Assembly: GCF_022846255.1 (NCBI RefSeq)
Contig: NZ_AP025682.1
Source of the DNA: Escherichia coli
GTDB taxonomy: Bacteria > Pseudomonadota > Gammaproteobacteria > Enterobacterales > Enterobacteriaceae
Direction: 5' to 3' (one strand)
Length of the DNA: 64,000 nucleotides
Shown: one piece after another, positions 54,591 through 64,000 of the stretch
Layout of the letters: every line of letters starts with the position of its first letter
Numbering within the stretch: the stretch's first letter is position 1
Notes under the pieces: generated by a model
What the model saw: only the letters and a program-made list of their open reading frames with translations
What the model was told of the DNA's origin: nothing
The model's database searches: none
Position numbers and translations under genes: made by a program

Positions 54591-55679
54591 TCAACCACCT
54601 GCTTTCATTACCCATTCAGAGATAAATTTATTACCCGGTACTGGCGGAGAGTACAAATAGCCCTGCAAAAAGTGAACGCCTTTGCCGATCATTAAATCCG
54701 CCTGCTCCTGGGTTTCTACCCCTTCCGCCACGATACTCAGACCAGGCTTACGCGCCAGTTCGACAATATTGTCCACAATATGACCGGATATTTCGTCCAC
54801 GCTCGCCATTTGCACAAATGACTTATCGATCTTAATAAAATCGACCGGGAACGCCTGCAAGTAACGATAGGTCGCATAACCCGTACCAAAGTCATCCAGC
54901 GCAAAGGTAATGTTGTGCTGATGAAGGCTGTCAAATATCGCTCTGGCTTCTGGCGTTACCGGAATAGGGTTACGTTCCGTTAGCTCGAGAACCAGTTTGA
55001 TTTTATCGTTACCTAATTTCTTAACCAGGTTCAGACACTCTTTTTCAAATCCCGCAGCCAAAAAACAACCCGCCGAGACGTTGATGCCAATATGGAAATT
55101 GTCCGGCAGCAAATGTTTTACCGGCATCAGAATATCCGCAGTCTGTTTCATCAACTGGCGAGTCATTATGACGATAAGACCAGATGACTCCGCCAGAGGA
55201 ATAAACTGATCCGGTGGGATAATTCCCGTTTGTGGATGTTCCCAGCGGACAAGCACCTCACAGCCCGTCAGTACCCCAGTCTGCGCGCAGAAAACCGGTT
55301 GGATCCACGGTTTAAATTCATGGTTTTCCAACGCCAGACTGATGGCTTCCGGCGTGACGATATGGTGATAGTGATTATCATTAATATATTTGTGACTATT
55401 ATTACCCGTGGCGGATATGATCTCCGGATTGTACTGAAAGAAAATATCCCGCCAGAAAGTAATATCGCTCTGAATCCCCAGTTTCTCAAAGAGCTGTTTC
55501 TTTTGATGTGAAATGGTCTTTGCACTACGATTTCTGTACTGTGATATTTCTGTTACAGACATTCCCTGCATCAGCAGCTTGAGTAGCAGTCGTTCTTTCT
55601 CGGATACGCTACCAGGCAATGACAAATGAACCGTTGTACCGAACTCTTGCAGAAAAACACGAAAATCACATGAATTCAT
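54591..55679 (-). CDS. pdeL: c-di-GMP phosphodiesterase with LuxR-type HTH and EAL domain
   Basis: 362 aa from ATG 55679 (MNSCDFRVFLQEFG...); ELTE and DDFGTGY EAL motifs. Confidence 0.92.
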   Translation of the reverse strand: MNSCDFRVFLQEFGTTVHLSLPGSVSEKERLLLKLLMQGMSVTEISQYRNRSAKTISHQKKQLFEKLGIQSDITFWRDIFFQYNPEIISATGNNSHKYINDNHYHHIVTPEAISLALENHEFKPWIQPVFCAQTGVLTGCEVLVRWEHPQTGIIPPDQFIPLAESSGLIVIMTRQLMKQTADILMPVKHLLPDNFHIGINVSAGCFLAAGFEKECLNLVKKLGNDKIKLVLELTERNPIPVTPEARAIFDSLHQHNITFALDDFGTGYATYRYLQAFPVDFIKIDKSFVQMASVDEISGHIVDNIVELARKPGLSIVAEGVETQEQADLMIGKGVHFLQGYLYSPPVPGNKFISEWVMKAGG

Positions 55680-56510
55680 GAACACACCTTTTATCTTTTA
55701 TCGCTGTTCAGTATGAGTGATTACCTGTGGATTCCTGAGCACACATAAGGGGTAACCATAAACATTAGCGATGCCATACGTATAACATCCCACATCACTA
55801 TCAAGAAGATTATCTTTACCTCTGATGCTCGCTCAGAAACAGTTACGCTAAATACCTTAAAAAGGTAATCACAAGTCAAAACTCAGGAGATAATCACGCA
55901 AGAATGCAATATTAAAATTCAGATACTCATTATTGGTAATAAAGAAGTAGTTGGACTATTTCGATATTTATAATTTCCCACTACGTATTGACGCCCATTC
56001 ATGAGTAAAGGCGCATTATATGAATTTAACAATCCAGATCAACTGAAAATACCTCAACCTCATAAACACATAGCGTCAACATTCAATGACATAATGAGTA
56101 AAGATGTTGGTTATGCATACACGTCATTACTCTATGCCTATCCCTTAACAACCTGCCTCTTAAGACTGAATCCATTCAGCAATAGATGACCAACATTATA
56201 ACAATGACAATAAAAACAATATTTAAAACAATCAATAAAATATCAGACACAGACAATTAAACCTTAAACAACAAATGGTTACATTGATTTTGGTTGATTT
56301 GCGCTACGCGTTCCCCATGAATAAAGCGTCATTTCAAATTAGCACCAATATTTACATTAATTAAGACTAAGCTTATTGAACATTCACAACAGTCCAAACG
56401 TAGGTTTTGGGCTTCAATAGTTCTTTTCTTTTTTATTATCTGTTGCCTGGCAATCATCAATCTATACTAAGGGCTTAACTGTACAGATATAACGTATCAA
56501 GAGGTAAGAG

Positions 56511-56543
56511 AAACCGCGCCATATGCATACATGGCGCGGTTTT
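56511..56543. terminator. hairpin downstream of betT (AAACCGCGCCAT-N8-ATGGCGCGGTTT)
   Basis: Perfect 12-bp inverted repeat 13-45 nt past the betT stop, with T/A-rich flanks. Confidence 0.6.
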
Positions 56544-56555
56544 ATGCAATAACAA

Positions 56556-58589
56556 TCACGCGTCCGGGAACATCACGCTATGGCCCGGCGCTTCACGATG
56601 GAGATGGATAAAGTTAAGGTGCCGCTCGTACTGGTCGAGAATATCGGTGATCACCTGCTCTTTGCTGTAGTCCATCAGGTCGTTGCCCTGGCTGCCTTCT
56701 AACAGGAAGGTTTCCAGCCGGTAGTAGGTCGATTTCCCGCTACGTGCGCGGTAGGTAAAGCCCGGCACCGAATATTGCTGCGGCCAAATCTGATAGACAA
56801 AGTTTTGCTCTTCGCCCATATGCACCAACAAATCCAGATGCCCCAACTGTTGTCCCTCTTCCGGCGGCAGGTTTTTTAGCTCCACGTACGCGCCGCGCAA
56901 CCGCAGCTCCTGCGCCACTTCTTCCATTGCCGGGTAACAGACCGTCTCCATCATCTGTTTAGTGTAACGCGTGCCCGGATAATTCATCAGGCGCGAGAGA
57001 CGTTTTTTCCAGCTCAGGCGATCCTGAAGCCCCAGCGGTCGCGGCGCGGTATCGCGGTTGGCACTTTCACGGCGGTAATCTTCTACCTTCAGAGATTTAT
57101 ACAACCCCGCCATCACGAAGAAAATCACAAAGCTGAACGGCAGCCCCATGATTACCGTGGTGTTTTGCAGCGCGGATATCCCGTTGGTCATCAGCATGCC
57201 GAGCGTCAGCAGGCCAATCGCCACCGACCAGAAGACGCGCAGCCAGCCGGGGGCGTCGCTGTTGATATCTTTAAGCTGCGAGGTGAAATTCCCCAGCACC
57301 AGCGCACCGGAGTCCGCCGAGGTCACATAAAACAGCAGGCCAGTAATGGTGGCGACGGAGGCGCTAAAGGTAAACGCCGGATACTGCGCCAGCAGGCTGT
57401 AGAAGCCGCGCTCCGGATGGACCATCGCTTCCTCGGCAAATGCCGCGCCGCCGTGGATAATTTCATACAGCGCGCTATTGCCGAATACCGAGAGCCATAA
57501 CAGCGTGAAGGTAAACGGAATAATCAACGTGCCCAGCACGAACTGGCGAATGGTACGCCCACGCGAGATACGCGCCAGGAACAGGCCGACAAACGGCGAC
57601 CATGCCACCCACCATGCCCAGAAGAAGAGCGTCCAGTTATTCATCCACTCAACCGGACGGTCGAAGGCAAAACTGTTGAGCGTCATGCCCATAAAGCGAT
57701 TCACATAGTCGCCAACATTCAGCACCAGTGCATTAAGCAGGAACGAAGTGTCGCCCATAAACAGCACAAACAGGATCAATCCCAGCGCCAGCGCAACATT
57801 AAGCTCCGATAACACACGAATGCCCTTATCGACACCGGAGGTGACAGAGATCGTGGCGATGATCACCGACAAGGCGATCAGTGCCGCTTTCGCCGCCATT
57901 GAATCGGGAATATCAAACAGTACGCTCAAGCCATAGTTAAGCTGCACCACACCAATACCGAGCGTAGTGGCAATACCGAAGATGGTGCCGATCACCGCTG
58001 CAATATCCACTGAGTGACCTATCGGCCCGTTAATCCGTTTACCGAAGATCGGGTACAGCGCTGAGCGGATGGTGAGCGGCAAATTATAACGATAGCTAAA
58101 GTATCCGAGCGCCATGCCCATCAGCGCATACATCGACCAGCCGGTTAAGCCGTAGTGAAACAGCGTCCAGACCATCGCCTGACGCGCGGCCTCAATCGTC
58201 TGACCCGCGCCTTCCGGCGGCTGCATATACTGCGTTACCGGTTCGGCTACGGAGAAGAACATCAGGTCGATACCGATCCCGGCAGCAAACAGCATCGCCG
58301 CCCAACTCAGCAGACTGAATTCCGGTTTTGATTGTTCTGGCCCGAGCTTCACCGAACCAAAACGCGAACAAGCGATACAGACCACAAAGACAATATAGAG
58401 CGTTGCCGCCAGCAGATAGTACCAACCGAAGGTTTTAGAGACCCAGTCCAGCGTGCGTCCAATCCACAGGGCCGAGAAGTCGCGAAACAGGATCGTTGTC
58501 AGGGAAAACAACAAAATCAGTCCGGCGGAAGTGTAAAACACCACCGGATTGATTTTGTCCTTTTCCCTGCTGTGTGAAAGGTCTGTCAT
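56556..58589 (-). CDS. betT: choline transporter (BCCT family)
   Basis: 677 aa. Confidence 0.95.
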   Translation of the reverse strand: MTDLSHSREKDKINPVVFYTSAGLILLFSLTTILFRDFSALWIGRTLDWVSKTFGWYYLLAATLYIVFVVCIACSRFGSVKLGPEQSKPEFSLLSWAAMLFAAGIGIDLMFFSVAEPVTQYMQPPEGAGQTIEAARQAMVWTLFHYGLTGWSMYALMGMALGYFSYRYNLPLTIRSALYPIFGKRINGPIGHSVDIAAVIGTIFGIATTLGIGVVQLNYGLSVLFDIPDSMAAKAALIALSVIIATISVTSGVDKGIRVLSELNVALALGLILFVLFMGDTSFLLNALVLNVGDYVNRFMGMTLNSFAFDRPVEWMNNWTLFFWAWWVAWSPFVGLFLARISRGRTIRQFVLGTLIIPFTFTLLWLSVFGNSALYEIIHGGAAFAEEAMVHPERGFYSLLAQYPAFTFSASVATITGLLFYVTSADSGALVLGNFTSQLKDINSDAPGWLRVFWSVAIGLLTLGMLMTNGISALQNTTVIMGLPFSFVIFFVMAGLYKSLKVEDYRRESANRDTAPRPLGLQDRLSWKKRLSRLMNYPGTRYTKQMMETVCYPAMEEVAQELRLRGAYVELKNLPPEEGQQLGHLDLLVHMGEEQNFVYQIWPQQYSVPGFTYRARSGKSTYYRLETFLLEGSQGNDLMDYSKEQVITDILDQYERHLNFIHLHREAPGHSVMFPDA

Positions 58590-58652
58590 CCAGTATCCCC
58601 ACTGTTATTGTTACCATTTAAAATCAAATTAGTAACAATTAAGACACATTTT

Positions 58653-58672
58653 ATATTGAACGTCCAATCAAT
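58653..58672. promoter_or_regulatory. candidate BetI operator palindrome TATTGA-N8-TCAATA in the betT/betI divergent promoter
   Basis: Inverted repeat midway between the betT and betI starts. Confidence 0.5.
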
Positions 58673-58717
58673 AACCGCTTTAATAGATAAACAACGCTGA
58701 TGAATGGAGTGGCGAAA

Positions 58718-59305
58718 ATGCCCAAATTGGGAATGCAGTCGATCCGGCGCAGACAACTGATCGACGCCACGCTGGAAGCAATAAATGAAGTGGGCATGCA
58801 CGATGCAACGATCGCGCAGATCGCCCGCCGTGCAGGCGTTTCTACGGGGATCATCAGCCACTATTTCAGGGACAAAAATGGTCTGCTGGAAGCAACCATG
58901 CGCGATATCACCAGTCAGCTGCGTGACGCGGTTTTGAATCGATTACATGCACTTCCGCAGGGCAGTGCAGAGCTGCGATTACAGGCGATTGTTGGCGGAA
59001 ACTTCGATGAAACCCAGGTGAGCAGTGCGGCGATGAAAGCCTGGCTGGCCTTCTGGGCCAGCAGTATGCATCAGCCGATGCTCTATCGCTTGCAGCAGGT
59101 CAGTAGCCGCCGCTTATTGTCGAATCTGGTGAGCGAATTTCGCCGCGAGTTACCGCGCCAACAGGCACAGGAAGCGGGCTACGGACTTGCCGCGCTGATT
59201 GACGGATTATGGCTGCGCGCGGCACTGAGCGGCAAACCGCTGGATAAACCTCTCGCACACTCGCTGACCCGTCACTTTATTACTCAGCATTTACCCACCG
59301 ATTAA
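58718..59305 (+). CDS. betI: TetR-family repressor of bet genes
   Basis: 195 aa from ATG 58718 ([26 protein letters not shown]...). Confidence 0.93.
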   Translation: MPKLGMQSIRRRQLIDATLEAINEVGMHDATIAQIARRAGVSTGIISHYFRDKNGLLEATMRDITSQLRDAVLNRLHALPQGSAELRLQAIVGGNFDETQVSSAAMKAWLAFWASSMHQPMLYRLQQVSSRRLLSNLVSEFRRELPRQQAQEAGYGLAALIDGLWLRAALSGKPLDKPLAHSLTRHFITQHLPTD

Positions 59306-59318
59306 CCGAGGAGACGTG

Positions 59319-60791
59319 ATGTCCCGAATGGCAGAACAGCAGCTTTATATACATGGTGGTTATACCTCCGCCACCAGCGGTCGCACCTTCGAGACCATTA
59401 ACCCGGCCAACGGTAACGTGCTGGCGACCGTGCAGGCCGCCGGGCGTGAGGATGTCGATCGCGCCGTGAAGAGTGCCCAACAGGGGCAAAAAATCTGGGC
59501 GGCGATGACCGCTATGGAACGCTCGCGTATTCTGCGTCGGGCCGTTGATATTCTACGTGAACGCAATGACGAACTCGCAAAACTGGAAACCCTCGACACC
59601 GGAAAAGCATATTCGGAAACCTCAACCGTCGATATCGTTACCGGTGCGGACGTGCTGGAGTACTACGCCGGGCTGATCCCGGCGCTGGAAGGCAGCCAGA
59701 TCCCGTTGCGTGAGACGTCATTTGTTTATACCCGCCGCGAACCGCTGGGCGTAGTGGCAGGGATTGGCGCATGGAACTACCCGATTCAGATTGCCCTGTG
59801 GAAATCCGCCCCAGCGCTGGCGGCAGGCAACGCGATGATTTTCAAACCGAGCGAAGTCACCCCGCTTACCGCGTTAAAGCTGGCCGAAATTTACAGCGAA
59901 GCGGGCCTGCCTGACGGCGTATTTAACGTGCTGCCGGGCGTAGGTGCGGAAACCGGGCAGTATCTGACCGAGCATCCGGGCATTGCCAAAGTGTCATTTA
60001 CCGGCGGTGTCGCCAGCGGCAAAAAAGTGATGGCTAACTCGGCGGCTTCCTCCCTGAAAGAAGTGACCATGGAGCTGGGCGGTAAATCACCGCTGATCGT
60101 TTTCGACGATGCGGATCTCGATCTCGCCGCTGATATCGCCATGATGGCGAACTTCTTCAGCTCCGGTCAGGTGTGTACCAACGGCACCCGCGTCTTCGTT
60201 CCGGCGAAATGCAAAGCCGCATTTGAACAAAAGATTCTGGCTCGCGTTGAGCGCATTCGCGCGGACGACGTTTTCGATCCGCAAACTAACTTCGGCCCGC
60301 TGGTCAGCTTCCCGCATCGCGATAACGTGCTGCGCTATATCGCCAAAGGCAAAGAGGAAGGCGCACGCGTACTGTGCGGCGGCGATGTACTGAAGGGGGA
60401 TAGCTTCGATAACGGCGCATGGGTTGCACCGACCGTGTTCACCGATTGCAGCGACGATATGACCATTGTGCGAGAAGAGATTTTCGGGCCGGTGATGTCC
60501 ATTCTGATCTACGAGTCGGAAGACGAAGTCATTCGCCGCGCTAACGATACCGACTACGGTCTGGCGGCGGGTATCGTGACGGCGGACCTGAACCGCGCGC
60601 ATCGCGTCATTCATCAGCTGGAAGCGGGTATTTGCTGGATCAACACCTGGGGCGAATCCCCGGCAGAGATGCCCGTTGGCGGCTACAAACACTCCGGCAT
60701 TGGTCGCGAGAACGGAGTGATGACGCTCCAGAGTTACACCCAGGTGAAGTCCATCCAGGTTGAGATGGCTAAATTCCAGTCCATATTCTAA
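59319..60791 (+). CDS. betB: betaine aldehyde dehydrogenase
   Basis: 490 aa from ATG 59319 ([15 protein letters not shown]...). Confidence 0.95.
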   Translation: MSRMAEQQLYIHGGYTSATSGRTFETINPANGNVLATVQAAGREDVDRAVKSAQQGQKIWAAMTAMERSRILRRAVDILRERNDELAKLETLDTGKAYSETSTVDIVTGADVLEYYAGLIPALEGSQIPLRETSFVYTRREPLGVVAGIGAWNYPIQIALWKSAPALAAGNAMIFKPSEVTPLTALKLAEIYSEAGLPDGVFNVLPGVGAETGQYLTEHPGIAKVSFTGGVASGKKVMANSAASSLKEVTMELGGKSPLIVFDDADLDLAADIAMMANFFSSGQVCTNGTRVFVPAKCKAAFEQKILARVERIRADDVFDPQTNFGPLVSFPHRDNVLRYIAKGKEEGARVLCGGDVLKGDSFDNGAWVAPTVFTDCSDDMTIVREEIFGPVMSILIYESEDEVIRRANDTDYGLAAGIVTADLNRAHRVIHQLEAGICWINTWGESPAEMPVGGYKHSGIGRENGVMTLQSYTQVKSIQVEMAKFQSIF

Positions 60792-60804
60792 CCAGGAGGT
60801 TTAT

Positions 60805-62493
60805 TTGCAATTTGACTACATCATTATTGGTGCCGGCTCAGCCGGCAACGTTCTCGCTACCCGTCTGACTGAAGATCCGAACACAACCGTGCTGCTGCTT
60901 GAAGCAGGCGGCCCGGACTATCGCTTTGACTTCCGCACCCAGATGCCCGCCGCGTTGGCGTTCCCGCTACAGGGCAAACGCTACAACTGGGCCTATGAGA
61001 CGGAACCCGAACCGTTTATGAACAACCGCCGCATGGAGTGCGGACGCGGCAAAGGTCTGGGCGGTTCATCGCTGATCAACGGTATGTGCTACATCCGTGG
61101 CAATGCGCTGGATCTCGATAACTGGGCACAAGAACCTGGTCTGGAGAACTGGAGTTATCTCGACTGCCTGCCCTACTACCGCAAGGCCGAGACTCGCGAT
61201 GTGGGCGAGAACGATTACCACGGTGGCGATGGCCCGGTGAGCGTCATCACCTCCAAACCCGGCGTCAATCCGCTGTTTGAAGCGATGATTGAAGCGGGCA
61301 TGCAGGCAGGCTACCCGCGCACGGACGATCTCAACGGCTATCAGCAGGAAGGTTTTGGCCCGATGGATCGCACCGTCACGCCGCATGGCCGTCGCGCCAG
61401 CACCGCGCGTGGCTATCTCGATCAGGCCAAATCGCGCCCTAACCTGACCATTCGTACTCACGCCATGACCGATCACATCATTTTTGACGGCAAACGCGCG
61501 GTGGGCGTCGAGTGGCTGGAAGGCGACAGCACCATTCCGACCCGCGCGGCGGCGAATAAAGAAGTGCTGTTATGTGCAGGCGCGATTGCTTCACCGCAGA
61601 TCCTGCAACGCTCCGGCGTCGGCAACGCTGAACTGCTGGCGGAGTTTGATATTCCGCTGGTGCATGAATTACCCGGCGTCGGCGAAAATCTTCAGGATCA
61701 CCTGGAGATGTATCTGCAATACGAGTGCAAAGAACCGGTTTCCCTCTACCCTGCCCTGCAGTGGTGGAATCAGCCGAAAATCGGTGCGGAGTGGCTGTTT
61801 GGCGGCACCGGCGTTGGTGCCAGCAACCACTTTGAAGCAGGCGGATTTATTCGCAGCCGTGAGGAATTTGCGTGGCCGAATATTCAGTACCATTTCCTGC
61901 CAGTGGCGATTAACTATAACGGCTCGAACGCAGTGAAAGAGCACGGCTTCCAATGCCATGTCGGATCGATGCGCTCGCCAAGCCGTGGGCATGTGCGGAT
62001 TAAATCCCGCGACCCGCACCAGCATCCGGGAATTCTGTTTAACTACATGTCGCACGAGCAGGACTGGCAGGAGTTCCGCGACGCAATTCGCATCACCCGC
62101 GAGATCATGCATCAACCCGCGCTGGATCAATACCGTGGCCGCGAAATCAGCCCTGGTGTCGAATGCCAGACGGATGAGCAGCTCGATGAGTTCGTGCGTA
62201 ACCACGCCGAAACCGCGTTTCATCCGTGCGGTACCTGCAAAATGGGTTATGACGAGATGGCTGTGGTTGACGGCGAAGGCCGCGTACACGGGCTGGAAGG
62301 CCTGCGCGTGGTGGATGCGTCAATTATGCCGCAAATTATCACCGGCAATTTGAACGCCACGACGATTATGATTGGCGAGAAAATAGCGGATATGATTCGT
62401 GGGAAGGAAGCGTTGCCGAGGAGCACGGCGGGATATTTTGTGGCAAATGGGATGCCGGTGAGAGCGAAAAAACTGAATCGCGATTTGAACTAA
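60805..62493 (+). CDS. betA: choline dehydrogenase (GMC oxidoreductase)
   Basis: Probable TTG start at 60805, 5 nt after AGGAGG (60794-60799), giving [21 protein letters not shown]...; FAD-binding GxGxxG at N-terminus. Start codon is an inference. Confidence 0.9.
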   Translation: MQFDYIIIGAGSAGNVLATRLTEDPNTTVLLLEAGGPDYRFDFRTQMPAALAFPLQGKRYNWAYETEPEPFMNNRRMECGRGKGLGGSSLINGMCYIRGNALDLDNWAQEPGLENWSYLDCLPYYRKAETRDVGENDYHGGDGPVSVITSKPGVNPLFEAMIEAGMQAGYPRTDDLNGYQQEGFGPMDRTVTPHGRRASTARGYLDQAKSRPNLTIRTHAMTDHIIFDGKRAVGVEWLEGDSTIPTRAAANKEVLLCAGAIASPQILQRSGVGNAELLAEFDIPLVHELPGVGENLQDHLEMYLQYECKEPVSLYPALQWWNQPKIGAEWLFGGTGVGASNHFEAGGFIRSREEFAWPNIQYHFLPVAINYNGSNAVKEHGFQCHVGSMRSPSRGHVRIKSRDPHQHPGILFNYMSHEQDWQEFRDAIRITREIMHQPALDQYRGREISPGVECQTDEQLDEFVRNHAETAFHPCGTCKMGYDEMAVVDGEGRVHGLEGLRVVDASIMPQIITGNLNATTIMIGEKIADMIRGKEALPRSTAGYFVANGMPVRAKKLNRDLN

Positions 62494-63602
62494 CGCAGGA
62501 ACTTACAAGATTGAGAGTTACCGTTCTACGATGAGGACCGAATCCTTATATAAAAAACATAGGTAACTCTCATGCTTCATATCCGCAGTCCCGCCATCAA
62601 ACTTTAAGCCGATTCGCTCAATCTGGCGGATGATGGTGCTATGGATACGCTGATAAACCACAAGTGTAATGCCACTCAGCTTAAGAATCACGCAACCAGT
62701 GCTCCTGGCTAGGGTTACTTGTTCTTTCCCACTCCCGGTTAGCAGTGGTCAGCGATCAACTGCGTAAGCCGGGCGTATTTATCCCAAAGCGTGGAGTAAT
62801 ATCAGGTCTACGCTAAAAAAGTCAATTTATTCGGTTATCATGCACGAAAAGGGGACTTGTGGCGAGTATAAAAATAAGTCAGACCCAAAAACTACGTGGA
62901 GCTTTAAACACGGTTCGTATAATTTATTAGCAGCGATTTATTTTTACCCTTCTTTAATCAGTCATCATGATTAAATATTTTTTATCACAAGATTATCGCT
63001 TCTCTAACATTTTATTTTTTATTTATTATCAATTGATAAGAAAAAATTGTTAGTACGTTTTTGCAAAAAATTAAAAGTGTTGGGATACACTTAAACAAAT
63101 GAACAAAAACCAAACAAACTGAGATTTGCAATCAGAAAAAATTATTCAAGAGAACATCTCTAATTTATTGGTAGCGTCCATGAACGATGATTTCCTCACA
63201 ACCAAAAAGTAAAGAAAATCTTATGATAAGATATATTTGTAAATTAGTATTATTAACGTCAAAGATCTTTTCTTTTCTGCACCCTTACTTTGCAACGCAT
63301 AAAAAACAAATAAAATCAATAATATATGCAGAAAAAGTTATTTTACGTAAAAATAACATTAAATAAATCAAGACTATTGAACATCACTAAAACATTAGAC
63401 GTAATACACATTCACCCCCGCTCCTTGACTCAGGGTTTTAATATTTTTTGTTTCACATCATTGTAGAAAAAATCGCGCATTAAAAATGAGTTGTAGAAAA
63501 ACCGCACAATAAATATTTCATATTTAATCTATTGCGTAGAACTACTATTCAAAAAATCTTATTAATGAGATAATGAAATTACATCGATAACGTTCTGATT
63601 GC

Positions 63603-63635
63603 AGGCACACTTATCTGGGTGTGCCTCTTTTTTTT
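63603..63635 (+). terminator. strong intrinsic terminator: stem AGGCACAC/GTGTGCCT, 8-nt loop, then 8 T
   Basis: Read directly; ends 20 bp upstream of the recombinase ATG. Confidence 0.7.
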
Positions 63636-63655
63636 ACAACTGTACACGGTGGCGT

Positions 63656-64000
63656 ATGACGAGAAAATATCTCACACAGGATGAAGTCTACAGGCTGATG
63701 GATGCAGCCCAGAGCATGTCCTTTCCTGAAAGAAATCGCTGTCTAATTATGATGGCTTTCATTCACGGTTTTAGGGCCAGTGAACTTCTTGATTTACGTT
63801 TATCCGATATTGATGCATCAGGAAAACAACTTAATATCCGGCGTATTAAAAATGGCTTCTCGACAACACATCCTCTTCTTCCTGATGAATATAATCTGAT
63901 CAAGTTGTGGCTTAAGCAGAGGAAGTTAATTGAAAATGGAGTTGAAGGAGACTGGCTTTTTCTCTCCCGGAAACGCCGCCCTATCAGCAGACAACATTTT
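63656..64000 (+). CDS. FimB/FimE-family tyrosine recombinase, N-terminal 115 codons (truncated by window end)
   Basis: MTRKYLTQDEVYRLMDAAQSMSFPERNRCLIMMAFIHGFRASELLDLRLSDIDASGKQLNIRRIKNGFSTTHPLLPDEYNLIKLWL...FLSRKRRPISRQ; the FIHGFRASE, RxKNGFSTTHPL and FLSRKxxPxSRQ blocks match FimB/FimE. Confidence 0.8.
   Translation, partial: MTRKYLTQDEVYRLMDAAQSMSFPERNRCLIMMAFIHGFRASELLDLRLSDIDASGKQLNIRRIKNGFSTTHPLLPDEYNLIKLWLKQRKLIENGVEGDWLFLSRKRRPISRQHF

Noticed and set aside
56001-56189. 62-aa ORF in the pdeL-betT intergenic region
   Set aside because: No ribosome-binding site, AT-rich promoter-type sequence, low-complexity translation.
63656-64000. Recombinase as a prophage or integrative-element integrase
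   Set aside because: No tRNA or tmRNA gene, no phage genes and no direct-repeat attachment sites in view, and the N-terminal motifs are specifically FimB/FimE-like. Not fully excluded because the gene and anything downstream are cut off by the window end.

Overview
This window is Escherichia coli chromosome (a non-K-12 strain, about 97-99% identical to K-12 by eye), covering the bet - yah - prp - cod - lac - mhp - frm - tau - hemB - yaiT region, shown in the opposite orientation to the usual K-12 map. Most of it is well-known core metabolism: betTIBA, pdeL(yahA), yahBCD-EFGIJ, yahK, yahNO, prpR-prpBCDE, codBA, lacIZYA with its full control region, mhpR-mhpABCDFE-mhpT, yaiL, frmRAB, tauABCD, hemB, an intact yaiT autotransporter and the start of yaiV. 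I found no tRNA, rRNA, CRISPR array, IS element or prophage genes. The parts worth a second look are the places where gene content departs from K-12 as I remember it: (1) a roughly 5 kb insertion between yahJ and yahK carrying a four-gene LsrB/RbsB-type sugar ABC importer plus an ASCH-like gene, sitting inside the poorly characterised yahDEFGIJ cluster; (2) a FimB/FimE-family tyrosine recombinase cut off by the window end, preceded by about 800 bp of AT-rich DNA with palindromes, direct repeats and a strong terminator hairpin, where K-12 has ykgH; (3) absence of cynRTSX, of the yaiO-yaiS block (with its IS2), and of yahL, and an intact yaiT. All K-12 comparisons and protein identifications are from memory and reading the translations, not from a database search.
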